From assembly GCA_004764695.1 (NCBI GenBank), contig SMSO01000007.1:2053270-2117269 (forward strand): 64,000 nucleotides of DNA, read 5' to 3'. Below, piece by piece: positions 1-11,667 of the stretch. Below the pieces are notes generated by a model. That model was not told the origin of the DNA. It searched no databases and saw only the letters and a program-made list of their open reading frames with translations. This stretch comes from Schizochytrium sp. TIO01. Taxonomy: Eukaryota > Protista > Bigyra: Labyrinthulomycetes. Each line of letters starts with the position of its first letter. Position 1 is the stretch's first letter. The translations under genes and the position numbers were made by a program.

Positions 1-818
1 CTAGATGGAGCCCAAAAGGCAGCGACATTTGCGGCGGCATTAGGAGCTGCTTGTGGGCCTAGAGGATATGTTGCCATGGCGCGTTGCTGGTCAGAGGTGT
101 CATAGTTTTGACGTATATTTGGCGTATTAACGAGTGTGGCATTGGTAGGCGAGGGGCGCTCTTGTTTTATTGAGGGTGCTACCTTCTGGTTGTGGAAAGT
201 TGATCTTGATTCTGGCGCAAGCTGATGGGGTTGCGGAGTAGAAGCTTGTTGACCTGGTAGTTGCTGTTTTGCGGACGACATCCATGGCGATGGCGACGAA
301 GAAGATGATGAAGATGAAATCGGTTGGTTGCCTTGTAACAATGCATGGGAGATTTTGTTACTCTCGTTGGCATTGTAGCCCGATTGCGCATGTCCTGTGT
401 TTACGGAAGCACGAGTCGCAGTAGATTTGTCGTCTACGTGGACAAATCTTGGCGGGTAGAGTTGTGCGGTTGAGGATAGGTTATTGAACAACGCGTACAG
501 GCCCGCGGGCGTATGATTAGACAAGTAACCCCCCTGTGCAGAAGACGGAGCTGCCGACCCGGCTACTGTTCCGCCGTACTGTGTTCGTGAAAAGGCATTT
601 GGGTCATAGATAATCGAGGAAGATGGAAAGTTTATCGTTGCTGTCGAAGTCGTAGTGGCCACAGAGTTAGGTTGCTGTTGCTGGCCAAGAGCAGCAACAG
701 CAGCAGCAGCGGCGGCGGCGGCTGCAGAAGCTGCAGCTTGTGACGAAGTAGAGTTAAACTGATAGGCGTTTTGTCCGGGCGTTTCTCGCTTAATATAATG
801 TTGCGAGTCTGGGTTCAT
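1..818 (-). CDS. 5' part (~272 codons, 3'-truncated by the window edge) of a low-complexity Ala/Gln/Ser/Pro-rich protein; probable transcriptional regulator N-terminus
   Basis: Manual translation from ATG at 818 (in-frame TGA just upstream) gives MNPDSQHYIKRETPGQNAYQFNSTSSQAAASAAAAAAAAAVAALGQQQQPNS...PSIKQERPSP...VAAFWAPS, open to position 1. It is not in the ORF track because its stop lies outside the window. No folded domain is visible; function is inferred from composition only. Confidence 0.7.
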   Translation of the reverse strand, partial: MNPDSQHYIKRETPGQNAYQFNSTSSQAAASAAAAAAAAAVAALGQQQQPNSVATTTSTATINFPSSSIIYDPNAFSRTQYGGTVAGSAAPSSAQGGYLSNHTPAGLYALFNNLSSTAQLYPPRFVHVDDKSTATRASVNTGHAQSGYNANESNKISHALLQGNQPISSSSSSSSPSPWMSSAKQQLPGQQASTPQPHQLAPESRSTFHNQKVAPSIKQERPSPTNATLVNTPNIRQNYDTSDQQRAMATYPLGPQAAPNAAANVAAFWAPS

Positions 819-2056
819 GCCTCAGGAGGCACGGCGTTTGGGGATTGCTTTGGTAAGGGGTTCTGAGTGAGCCTGTTTCAAGCTCTTGCTCAACTCCTGA
901 CCTTTTCTATGGGTAATAGGTTTAAAGTGAACAGGGCAAAACTTCTTTCTAATGAATGTCAAGCTCCTTTTCCGTCTCTGACAATGATCACAATTCCTTT
1001 TAAAATTGTGCTCCTCAGGTAGAGTGGGGAGGACGCCAATTTGGTTTAGAGAGGAATGATTGTTTCACTAAGGAGTGACTGATGTCTAGATATTGGCCCT
1101 CCCCGGCCACACCACCCAACAAATCAACTCCGCCGCGTCTTCGTTGTCAGGCACTCGGATAGATGCGACTTGCTCGTTCCTCGTAACTACTTCGTGGATA
1201 AACGTTTTCAAGATTTCGAACGTCTCCTCTCCAGCTTCGAACGTCTCCTCCGGACAGCTTAGTCTGCGTCAACCAGAGACCTGCCTCACTGGACAGACAC
1301 TTTAGAACTGTACTTTTCGCCCTACTGTTTGAGCCACGAGCCTGGAGCAGACTTGTGAACTCGAGCGCTCAGTAGGCGAGCAGGCAAGCGAGCAGACCAG
1401 CCTCAGTGCTAGTCCTCCCTCCGCTCTACTCCACTGCAGCGCCTCGCTGCAACGAGGCAACGTGTGATCCGTTCTGCACCTGAACGGCAATCAATCTCGT
1501 CGTGCGAGAAAGAAAGAAAGAATGAATGAATGAATCACTCAATCAGTATATGTATAAAAAATCTACAGAGGCTCTCTCAGTCTGTACAGTATCTATTATA
1601 TACGTCTTTAAGTGATGAAGCTAAATCTCCCCATAAGCACATACATACAATGGTTTCTCACAGTCTCTGAGGGCGTCAGAGATAAATGAGCGATCGAGAA
1701 ATCAATGAACACGCTTCAATGCGAACCGTTGAGGCAGCGGCGCCTGCCTGCTGCGATAGAGGTTTGTTTGTGCACCCCGGAGGAGCGAGGCCGCGCAGCA
1801 AAGCCAGGGAACCGGGAGGGCAGGCGCGCAAGCAGCAAGCTCGCCGCCTGTTTCCACTTTGCGTCTCCGCCTGAGGCGTCTGGTTCTCTGGGCGGCAGAC
1901 GTCTGGACTAGCCCCCTCACCAAACGCAGCCCCTCACTCCCCTGCCTTGCTTAAAAGAATCATAGGGCTCCTTGGGAGTTCTGCACTCCACCGAAAGAGG
2001 GGAAAAATCGAGGCAAATAACAGAAAGAAACAAGACTTTCGTGAATGAAGATACTT

Positions 2057-2170
2057 GAAGAAAGAAGAAAGAAAGAAGAAAGAAAGAAGAAAGAAAGAAA
2101 AGAAGAAGAAAAGAAAGAAGAAAAGAAAGAAGAAAAGAAAGAAGAAAAGAAAGAAAGAAAGAAGAAGAAA
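2057..2170. repeat. Compound (AAG/AAAG)n pure polypurine tract, ~114 bp
   Basis: Uninterrupted A/G run read directly from the sequence. Confidence 0.95.
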
Positions 2171-4598
2171 CTCCGGCTTGCTTCCTTTAAGATAAGTAAA
2201 TAGAAGACGGCAAGAACAAGGTAGGCAAAAACAGCAACATGAAAGGGAGCGAGGGAGAGGAGGAGGAAGGAGTTGCGAGAAAGGGACGAAGGAGCAGTCG
2301 ACAGGGAAGTGGAACTTATCTCCTGAGAGATCTCCGACCTCCTCATTACAACAGGGTATTCTCGCATATAGAGTGTATGTTTTCTTTCATTTGATGCATT
2401 ATCCCTTCTCTTTTTTAATTTTGTTTCTTTATAACTTTGAAAAAGAAAGGTAAGATGATTCATTCTGATAGTTCTTTTGTCGATGTTTATTGTTGTTTCG
2501 GAACATTTTATATTAAGATCAACATTCACACCCCTCTTTTATTTTTTTATTTTTTAAATAACTTCAAAAGCCGAGATCAACCTTTTTTTAGTTAGTTTAT
2601 ATAACTAGAAAAGTTAGAATAAGGGATACTCGAAGAAGGAAATATGGAAGAAGAGTTTTAATTAAATACATTAAAAAATTGGAGTCTTCATTGCTAACAA
2701 ATCGAATGGTGGCTTACTGTTGCCTCACGACCCATATCAAATATTAACAGTAGAACCATCACATCATTCTCTTTGATATTCAAATGCAGTAAGCCGAGGA
2801 CGGTAAGGGTTCCTGTTAGTTCTCCATATCTAGCTTTCACCCAGAAGTAAAAGTTGAAGGAAAGAAGTAGACGGAATCGATAGCAAGGGCGGTTTAGTTT
2901 ACTAAGTATAAAAATCGAAGTCTTATTTATTAATCTTTCAATACCTTTTTCGAAAGAGATAAGTTTTTTTTTTATTTTTTTTAAAATTAAATGAGCATTG
3001 AAAAGAAAGAATAAAGTAAAAGATGTTGGGACTAACGAAAGTCGTGAGTAAAGTAATTCGCTCCGGACAGCAGAAATAAAGAAGCTGTGCAGTCGCTTAT
3101 AGGTAGTAAGGGTAAAGCTGGAACTCTCACAGCCGGCCCGTCGGCGCTTTCTTCGAACCACAGACGGGTTGCATTCCAGGAGAAAAAAACTGCCCACGGC
3201 TCGGATTCGACTGCCTCTTCCTCATTACATAGGTCGGTAGGTACATACTTCTAATTTCAAGAACCTTTGTTACTGTTTGATAGCAAGACGCACTCATTTT
3301 CTCTTCTTATCACCTTTTTGCAATGAAAATTATTCTACTTCATTCTCATCTACTCCTGGTTTATTCCCATATATTTTCAAAGGATATTATATATTTGAGA
3401 TATTCATATATTTTAACTTTTATGTTAAAGATACTTAAACACGCCTGCGAAGGAGGCGTAGGCAACGGGAACATCTCGGTGAGCAATGATTACAATAACT
3501 AAATAGTTTTTTAGGTTGAGAATTAAATCGTCTGTTACTTCACGATGTCGAAAAGTTAAGCATAGCATGCTTTGTGCATAGAGCTACACATACACAAATG
3601 GACATTAGCACCAAACCAAAGCTATGTTGAGTTCACTCAACAGGTAAAAGGATTGCTCCCAGCTTCCACTCTTTATCTTTAAAGAATGTATTATAAGTTA
3701 TATTTTCTTTGAAGTATTCTTTTGATTTAATTATATTAATAGTAATAAAATGACTCGAGCCTGGGCAGAAGAGGAACCGGAGCTGCATTCAATCCTATCC
3801 CGCTGCTCCTCGTACCTCTTCAAAATCCTGAGTTACGCTTGAACTGTTTTCTCACCTCCAACTCAGGAATGAACAGAGGTGTAGATATGCGAAGACGCGC
3901 GTTGCTATCAGCCAAAACTGGGTGGGCGTACGCCTCTTCTTCGGCCTTGTTCTTACAAAACTCTTCGACTCAGGAGTTCATCATAAGTAACTTTCTCTGA
4001 TAAAGAAATAAGAGAAGCAACACTTATTTTGCGAAAGGTATCTGGCCACTCGGCTTCTGCTACTAGGGCGTAGTTGAATCATATACCTCCGCTGCCAGGT
4101 CACTACTACCTTCTAGCAGGGTAACATCATCCCCACATTTTATCTAGATAAAAATTCGAAGTTGTTATTATCGATAACGATAGGGTCATCTAACTACCTT
4201 TCTTCCCGAAAGCCTTTTAACTTTTCAGATGATAGTATTTTGTTTTAAAAACTATTTCTCTCTTTCTTTCTTTCAAGAGGTTCTGAAAGTACGGAAATGC
4301 GCCGGCGAGATGAGAACTTGAAGAAAAGCATGTCTGCCCTGCGAGAGCTACTTCTCCGCTGCTCATTTTTGAAAATGAAAATGATCGCGATTCTCTTGTC
4401 GGAGCAACTGGTACGGTCGGCATTTTAATACTTAGCGTTAGAAGCAGAGTCCAACTATTTCTTGCCTCCCTGCATTTGCCTATCGGAGGAGAGGTCGATT
4501 AGCTTTTGGGCACTAGCTTCTTTGTGCTTTGCATTTTCACTCTTTTGCACTTTGCTGGACTTTTTTTCTTCTTCTTTTTTTTTTTCCATCTACAAAAA

Positions 4599-4602
<4 letters not shown>

Positions 4603-4632
<30 letters not shown>
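4603..4632. repeat. (AT)15 microsatellite
   Basis: Direct reading. Confidence 0.95.
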
Positions 4633-4636
<4 letters not shown>

Positions 4637-4657
4637 TTAAAACCAATTAAAAACATA

Positions 4658-4701
4658 CTTGCATGTATAAAACAACATCCTTGCATGTATAAAACAACAT
4701 T
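4658..4701. repeat. 22-bp tandem duplication CTTGCATGTATAAAACAACAT(C/T) x2
   Basis: Direct reading. Confidence 0.9.
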
Positions 4702-7331
4702 CTTGAAAGAAACATTACCCCTGAAAAGCTTCGCGATCGCGCGATATTCACGCATTGAACTGGCGACCCGAAGATAAATCGTTTCGTCAGAGACCCGAAT
4801 TCATTGGAGTGCGCCTAACCGGTAGTCAGCCGATTGGAGAACACGAGGAGGAGGTGCCACGCGGGCCTCGCCATGGTTATGGAAGAGGAATTAGTTGGAA
4901 TGAAGAAGGTAGGTAGCACCTACCAAGCAAGCAAGTAGAAGCCATGGAGGAAACAAACAGGGAAGGAAGTTAAGGTTCTAGCTATGGTGCCTGGTGGTGC
5001 CTGGATTCGCAAAGCCTCCGCGTTTCCCTGGACGGTGCCTGGCAGGCCTGAGAACCTGGTCAGGCGAGGCGGTCACTTATCTCTCATTCTGCGCGACCCC
5101 TAGCAACTCTCTTTTGAGTTCTCAAGATGCGAGGACCTAAAGCACTGTCACTGAGGTTCAATATTCATGGACTCAGGAAGGCTTTGAGACGATGATAAAA
5201 CAATCTCGCGCACCGCTTCCTTCAACCATATTGCGGTGCGCTAGGGTATACTGATAGGACTGGTAGGTACTAACGGCTGTTTCATGCACTTTTTTCAACG
5301 CGGTTTCTTTTTGGGTGGTATCATGATAATTTTTAGTTATCTTGGTCCTTGATTTTACTTGCATAGATGATGAATGGTTTAATATTTTTTTTAAGACTTA
5401 CAAAACTTTAAAAAGGAAAGGGCTAAACATAATAAGGACATAATATGGAGAAATAGGGGTCCGTGAAAATTATGCTTAGCTTTTGCACAATCCACAACAC
5501 TTTGGGTTTCTGGCTGATGATAGACTTACGTGTTCAACTGTTGCCGTGGCCAATGATTGTTTCTAATTCCCTCTTTGTACTGCTGTTTGCCTGAGTGTCT
5601 GTATGATTCTGCTTCGCTCATTCATTTAATTCTTTCATTAGCTTGCTCTCGACGTTCTAGATTTCCGCCTTTGAAGTTTTCATGCTGCTGTCGTTATCGA
5701 TTGAGCCTGAAAATAAATTAGTCGGCACTAACAATTAAGTTAGATATTCGGTTGATCAGAAGAGACATTCTGCTCTCTTAGTTCTTTTTATCCTTCGAGA
5801 CTGAAATGATTGAAAAAGTAAGTAAAGACGTAATCAGGAAGGAGGGAAAGCAAAAGACGCAGAAGTCGGAGTACTCTCACTAGCAGCTAACTCCTAGAAA
5901 TCTTTGGGCTTGGACTGGAAGCTCACATCAGAACAATCACTGATGGAGAATCAGGAGACACAAGTTCTCACAAAGGAGCATGTGCCACATAATACGGGCT
6001 AAGTTAGTCAGAGGCAACTCCTTTGTTCAATTTTGAACAATTGTTTCTTTTTTATTCAAGAAAAGGAAATCTGGCAAAAAAACGTAAGTAAAAACCTCAA
6101 AAACATCACACTTGTCAGGCCTAATAGTATTAGAGTTGCAGCACTACACGAATGAGTTCTTCTTACAAGACAGCCTTTGAAATAACTTGAACAAGATTGA
6201 AATGGTACCTAGGTAAAACATCTAGCTAGAAGTGCCTGTGAAACGTGTAGTGGATTAATGTCGGTTCAGGCAGGCAGCGCCCGCTTTATTCTCTTTCCCT
6301 TACACATAAGTGCCTTGTAGTGTCATTTATGGAACCATCCATTACGCGTTGATTGAGAAAGCTTCTCCACTCATTTTTACCCGTCAACTCATCCACTCGC
6401 TCACTCGCTCGCTCGCTCGCCCACTGAAAGAAAGTCTTGAAACCCAATGACGAACCAACTTACTTACTTGCAAACGCTCCAAGACGTTCACTTGCCCCCC
6501 CCCTATAAGCCACTCTTCCCTGCTTAAAAATGCCTCCTTCATAAGAGAACCCCGATCATATTGACTAGTCCGTGTCGATGGAGGCGACAATCACATCACA
6601 TTATCAACTTCGTTTCACATTCTCAAGTTGGTTCGTGCCTCTTTAAAAAAAGAAAGAAGGAGCAAAGAGGTTCAATTCTTTATAAGGAGGTATATAAGCA
6701 AGTCAGTGGGTAGCTAGAAAGTAGCTAGCTACCATCTGTAAGCCTAAAATTGGCTCGGAGAAATGAAAAGTTTTGGCGTGGACTTTTTATGCATTAGGTG
6801 GATCATGTTTACTCGCACCAGCGCCCTTCTCGTACGTACGTACCTTTTCTGCCCATCTCGAAGTTCTCTCCACTGCCTCGAAAAGCTGCTCTTTCAGGAA
6901 AGCGACGAAAAATGAAATAGAGGACGGTTTTCCTTCTTCGGTCGAGGCCGTTCTTCATTTGCATTCCGTAAACATGAGCGATCGAGTTTACCCAAGCCAA
7001 AAGAGTTAAACTCATCAGTGAGCTGCACGCATTCGCTCATTCATCGTCGTTTCGTTCTATTTGTCTCATTCTTCAAATTTGCGACAAGCGCTGTGACTTG
7101 TACATCCTTTGTGGGAACTTCTGCACCGAAGAAGATCAAACTGTTTGCCGCAAACTTGCATGTCCATCCGTCGCCGCTAGTCAGGCGAATGCTTGCTCAA
7201 CCGTCAACGTGCCGCGCTAGAGTCGCGACGGTGCAGGATCACATCCGTTTCTTCCCTGCAAACTTTAGTTCGCATCAATTCCAAACTCATCGCACTGACT
7301 TGGAAAGGGACGAGGAATCATCAATTAGCTC

Positions 7332-7536
<205 letters not shown>

Positions 7537-10500
7537 TCTTTATGCATGTCTGTTCACCCTTTCTATCGTTCCCTGGACATGGCTATGGTACCTGTTTTCT
7601 CCTGCTCACAATTAATCAGCTTGTTCTTGTTCTTGTTCTTGTTCTTTATTTTGTTCTTCTTGTGAACCCCTCCCTCTAGTGAGCGGCCCGATAGTCAGCT
7701 GGAGAGGAAGCTAGTGTTTCTGCTAACTTGGGTAGCGAAACTGTGCTCAGGCTGCTGGCACAACTGCAAGCGAGCGAGAAGACGCGAGCTCTTGACAGAA
7801 AACGCAGGCCTTCTCTTGCCTGCTTTCGAAAGAAGCCAAGCCAACTCCAAATGTGCCTGCTTTCGCTCCACCGCTTCAGTGTTTTGGCCCTTTCCGCCAC
7901 TGAGCAATGACAGCGAAAGCCTCAAGGGAAGGCGAAAAGCAGAAGCTATAATAATTGAACAAAGAAACAAACAAAGAAGCGCCGCCTCAGTGGCCAGAGC
8001 GGAGGTAGCCATTGGGCGGTCGGTCCTCTATGCTACCATCGCGGGTCGCAAATCTCTGGATAGATGAACCAGTTGCTTATGAAGATGAGCGTGATACGTC
8101 TAAGGCGCTCGTCGCAAACCGGCCGCGCAAGGTCAAGGTGAGAGGCGGCGGCTTTCGCTTCCTTTTGGAGACAGCAAACAAAACACACTTCCGAGTGAAT
8201 GAATAAAAAACATACATGGTATAACGTGTATTGTGAAATTTAAACAATTGTTTAAAATATAAATATAAAATTATAATTTAAAAAAAGGGGGGGGAGGAAG
8301 GTGATACAATAATAAGACAATAATCACCCGGCTTAGAAGAATAGGAGTAGAGAAGAGAAGACGAAAGGAAGCACATCTTCAGAGCAACATTTGGCCATCC
8401 GCGCGAGCGCTGCGCGAACGAAGTGGCCGGGCCGGCCTTCCTAGTGCACAATACTCTTCTTGAATGGGGGGAGAGAGCAAATATGTGCTGAGAAAAACGA
8501 ATTAGAAGCAACCAACAAATCACACCTAAGAAAGACGCAGTCTGTTTTTTAGTTTTGTTTTTCCACTACAGAGGTTGAAGAATTGAGTACTCAAAGGCAC
8601 TCATGAACGAACTATATATATGCTGAAAATAGAAGAAGGTTCGTTTATTGACTTGTTTATTGACTTGTTTATTGACTTGGGGAAATTATGCCAACCATGA
8701 TTGGATTGAAAAGAGTGTCTTTGGTTTCCAGAAATAGATAATTTCAAAGGTAGGGATTTTGGAGAGCCATGATGCACAATATTTTACTATTACACCAAGT
8801 AATGTGGTTGAAAATGGCCCAACAAATAGCTGTGCGGTGCCTATGAACTGCTTTGAAGCTGACCATTGCAACATAGTTGTCGACCTCTATGTAAAGCGCT
8901 TACTAGCTTCTCAGATTGTGTCCAGAAACGCCCTGAGGTTGTAATGGCATGATAAAACAGTACCCACAAATATTCTTCTTTTATTATTCATTTTCTTCCT
9001 CTGTTGTTAGTATTATTACCTCCCCTAGCCCCTGCGACACAACTATTTTCAAATTTAGATAATTTAGCGGGGGGAAAGTTTAAGAAAAATATTCACAAAG
9101 GTTGAAAGACCTAGAAACTATATGTATCTAGGTTCATCAATTTGAAGGAAAAGTAGAAAGAGAAGGAAAAAGAAAGAAACAAGAAACAAGAAACAAGAAA
9201 CAAGAAAAAAAAAAAGAAGAAGAAAAAAAAAAAAAAGGTTAATCAACTTGTGTTTTTATGGTTTTTATGTTTTTAGAATTTTAAAAAATACAATTGAAAA
9301 ACGTAGGAGTATAATAGGCGTCTCAGTTAGAACACAGACCTGAAACGTTTTTCCGGAGCCAGTGTTCAGAGGTTTTGAGGTCTGTGTCTCATGCTTTTCC
9401 CAGTTCGCAGACTCCGCCAATAGTCGGGGGCGGTGGCATTGGGTCCGCTTCTTCTCCGCCTTTGCTGCGCATGCAGGTTGCAGCAGTGTCCTGCCATCAG
9501 TGCTTCAACTCCGGTCCACGGCACAAAGTTTCCTGCTCGTCCACCCAAGCATGAGAAATTGACTCCCTCCACGACAAACAGAAGAAGAGAAGAGAAGAAA
9601 GGCCTTGAGAAACAATTACATGCATGCAATTGTATATGCATGCATAGCATAAACTCATTCCAGGCTGGTGACACAACACGTACTGCTGAGAAGATGATAA
9701 CTTCTACGAAATTGGCCAAATCTAAGGGCGAGAGAAGTTTAGTAGATCAGCGCGGCGAAGGTGGCAATCTCGGCCCTTGTACAGCGAGTAAGTATCAAGT
9801 ATAATGCAGCTGCGGCTGGCTCTGGTGACCAGCTCGTGGGGAAGGAGGCGAACTTAATGAATGAACGAATGAATGTGATGTGATGGTGATGAGCGCCTTA
9901 GAATCTTTGCCACTTTCTTTTTCCAGGCTCCCTATTTTTATTTCGTTGCTTTCTATCCTGCTTTTCGCCGGGGTGCGAGTCACTGCTGTCCAACCCCCGC
10001 ACTTAAAACCAGAGCTGTTGGCGCCACTGGGTCAACTCCGGAAAGCTAGATTGCTTTAAGCCCGAAGCTATGGCTGGAGAGGCGGTGTCTGGCTGGCAGC
10101 CCCTCACTTAGTCGCCAGCTACCATTTTCGTACTGTCAGGCTGTCTGGTCTCGCTCTCTTTCTCAATCACGTCTAATGAGATAGGAGATGCAGCCTCCTA
10201 CTTCATCTAGCTAGAGGTAGGTATGTGAATATAAAATCTTCCTGAATTATTTTGGTCTTGTGATAATATTCTATAGCTCTAATTGAAACTACTTCTCATG
10301 CTTCCTTAGAATAGCTCTTTATTTTAAAATAAAATATATTAATTATTTTAACAACGTCATACGAATCGCCACTACCTACACACATTATTTATAGGGTAAT
10401 TAAATTTTAAAATCAGCGCTATTTTCTGTATTTAAGTGTTTCAAGCTATCACAATTCTCATTAGTTTAGTATTTTCTTTTTAATGTAAAACAAATAGTCA

Positions 10501-11352
10501 AGTAAATAAGTAGAAGCAACTAGGGCGGTTAATTACAACTATTCTATATTAATTAATTTCGAAGTTCTTTGCATTTAAAATAAATGTGTGTCAATGAAGA
10601 AGAGTATGGAGGAAATTGCAAGCAGAAAGTGATTGGCACCATGAATGAGTGAGGTGATTCCTTGCGACTCGGGATGAGGTGTCTTTGCTGTTGTCTTAGC
10701 TAGAGCTCAATTCCGTTCCGCCCCTCTCCTGCAGCGAGCCTTCCGCTTGGCACTCTGATAGATAGATAGACCTTCTGCTCCTTCTGCTTCTTCTTCGCCG
10801 CTTTCTTTCCATCGTTGGCATTTGCCCAGCTAGACCAGATGCACGATGCCTTGATCAACTCGTTCTCACGCCCGAGACTGAGGACCTTGCCGGCGAAAGT
10901 GCTGCGCCTGTCCAGGAAGTTGCTAGCATCTTCCGGCCCACGATTTTGGGCGCAACTTGGTCGCCTCCGCAGCTTCGACCTCAAAAGTATTCACGAAGTA
11001 ATTAAGCCTCTTCTTCGACGACATATGATAAATGAATGCGAAACAATATTCTGTGAACTGCCGTCTGTTCTGAGGATGATGATGAAGTAAACGTAACATA
11101 ATATGAGGAGCTTAGGCAGTGCCAAAGTGCCAATAGCGGAAGGCATCCTTTGCCCAAGGCTGCTTCGATCCCGACAGTGCCGACGGTGCGAAGCATACGG
11201 ATGTCTGCACTGTGCACTGCTGGCCGATCGCTGTGTTTCCGACGACGCCTGCTGCTGCTGCTGCTGCATGACGGTCTGGAGCCGGGTCTCGTCTCCACGC
11301 CCAGAGGCATGTATCTCCATGTATTTGCATGCTCTCGGCTGCGATTCTCACA

Positions 11353-11395
11353 GACTGACTGACTGACTGACTGACTGATTGATTGATTGATTGAT
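11353..11395. repeat. Compound (GACT)6(GATT)4 microsatellite
   Basis: Direct reading. Confidence 0.93.
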
Positions 11396-11637
11396 AGGTG
11401 AGCCATACAAATAGAGAGAGAGCACAAGGCGCTCAGGAACGACGGCAGCGACAGACGTTCCGCACTTATTTCCAGCGAGGGCTGGTCTGGTGGCGTTTTC
11501 CTCTTCTGCTCTGGTCGAGATTAGTTGGACGGGTCGGCGGAGTGCTCTTGCTGCTTCCGGTGAGCTCGAAATGACCCATCGAAGAGATATCGAATGATCA
11601 AGGAACCCAACCAAATGATTCGCTCTTTTAGACACGG

Positions 11638-11667
11638 ATGCATGTATGCATGCATGCATGCATGCAT
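11638..11667. repeat. (ATGC)n self-complementary, alternating purine-pyrimidine tract
   Basis: ATGCATGTATGCATGCATGCATGCATGCAT. Confidence 0.85.

Noticed and set aside
1960-2529. 189-aa minus-strand ORF rich in S/F
   Set aside because: Its length comes from the stop-free (AAAG) polypurine tract; no domain.
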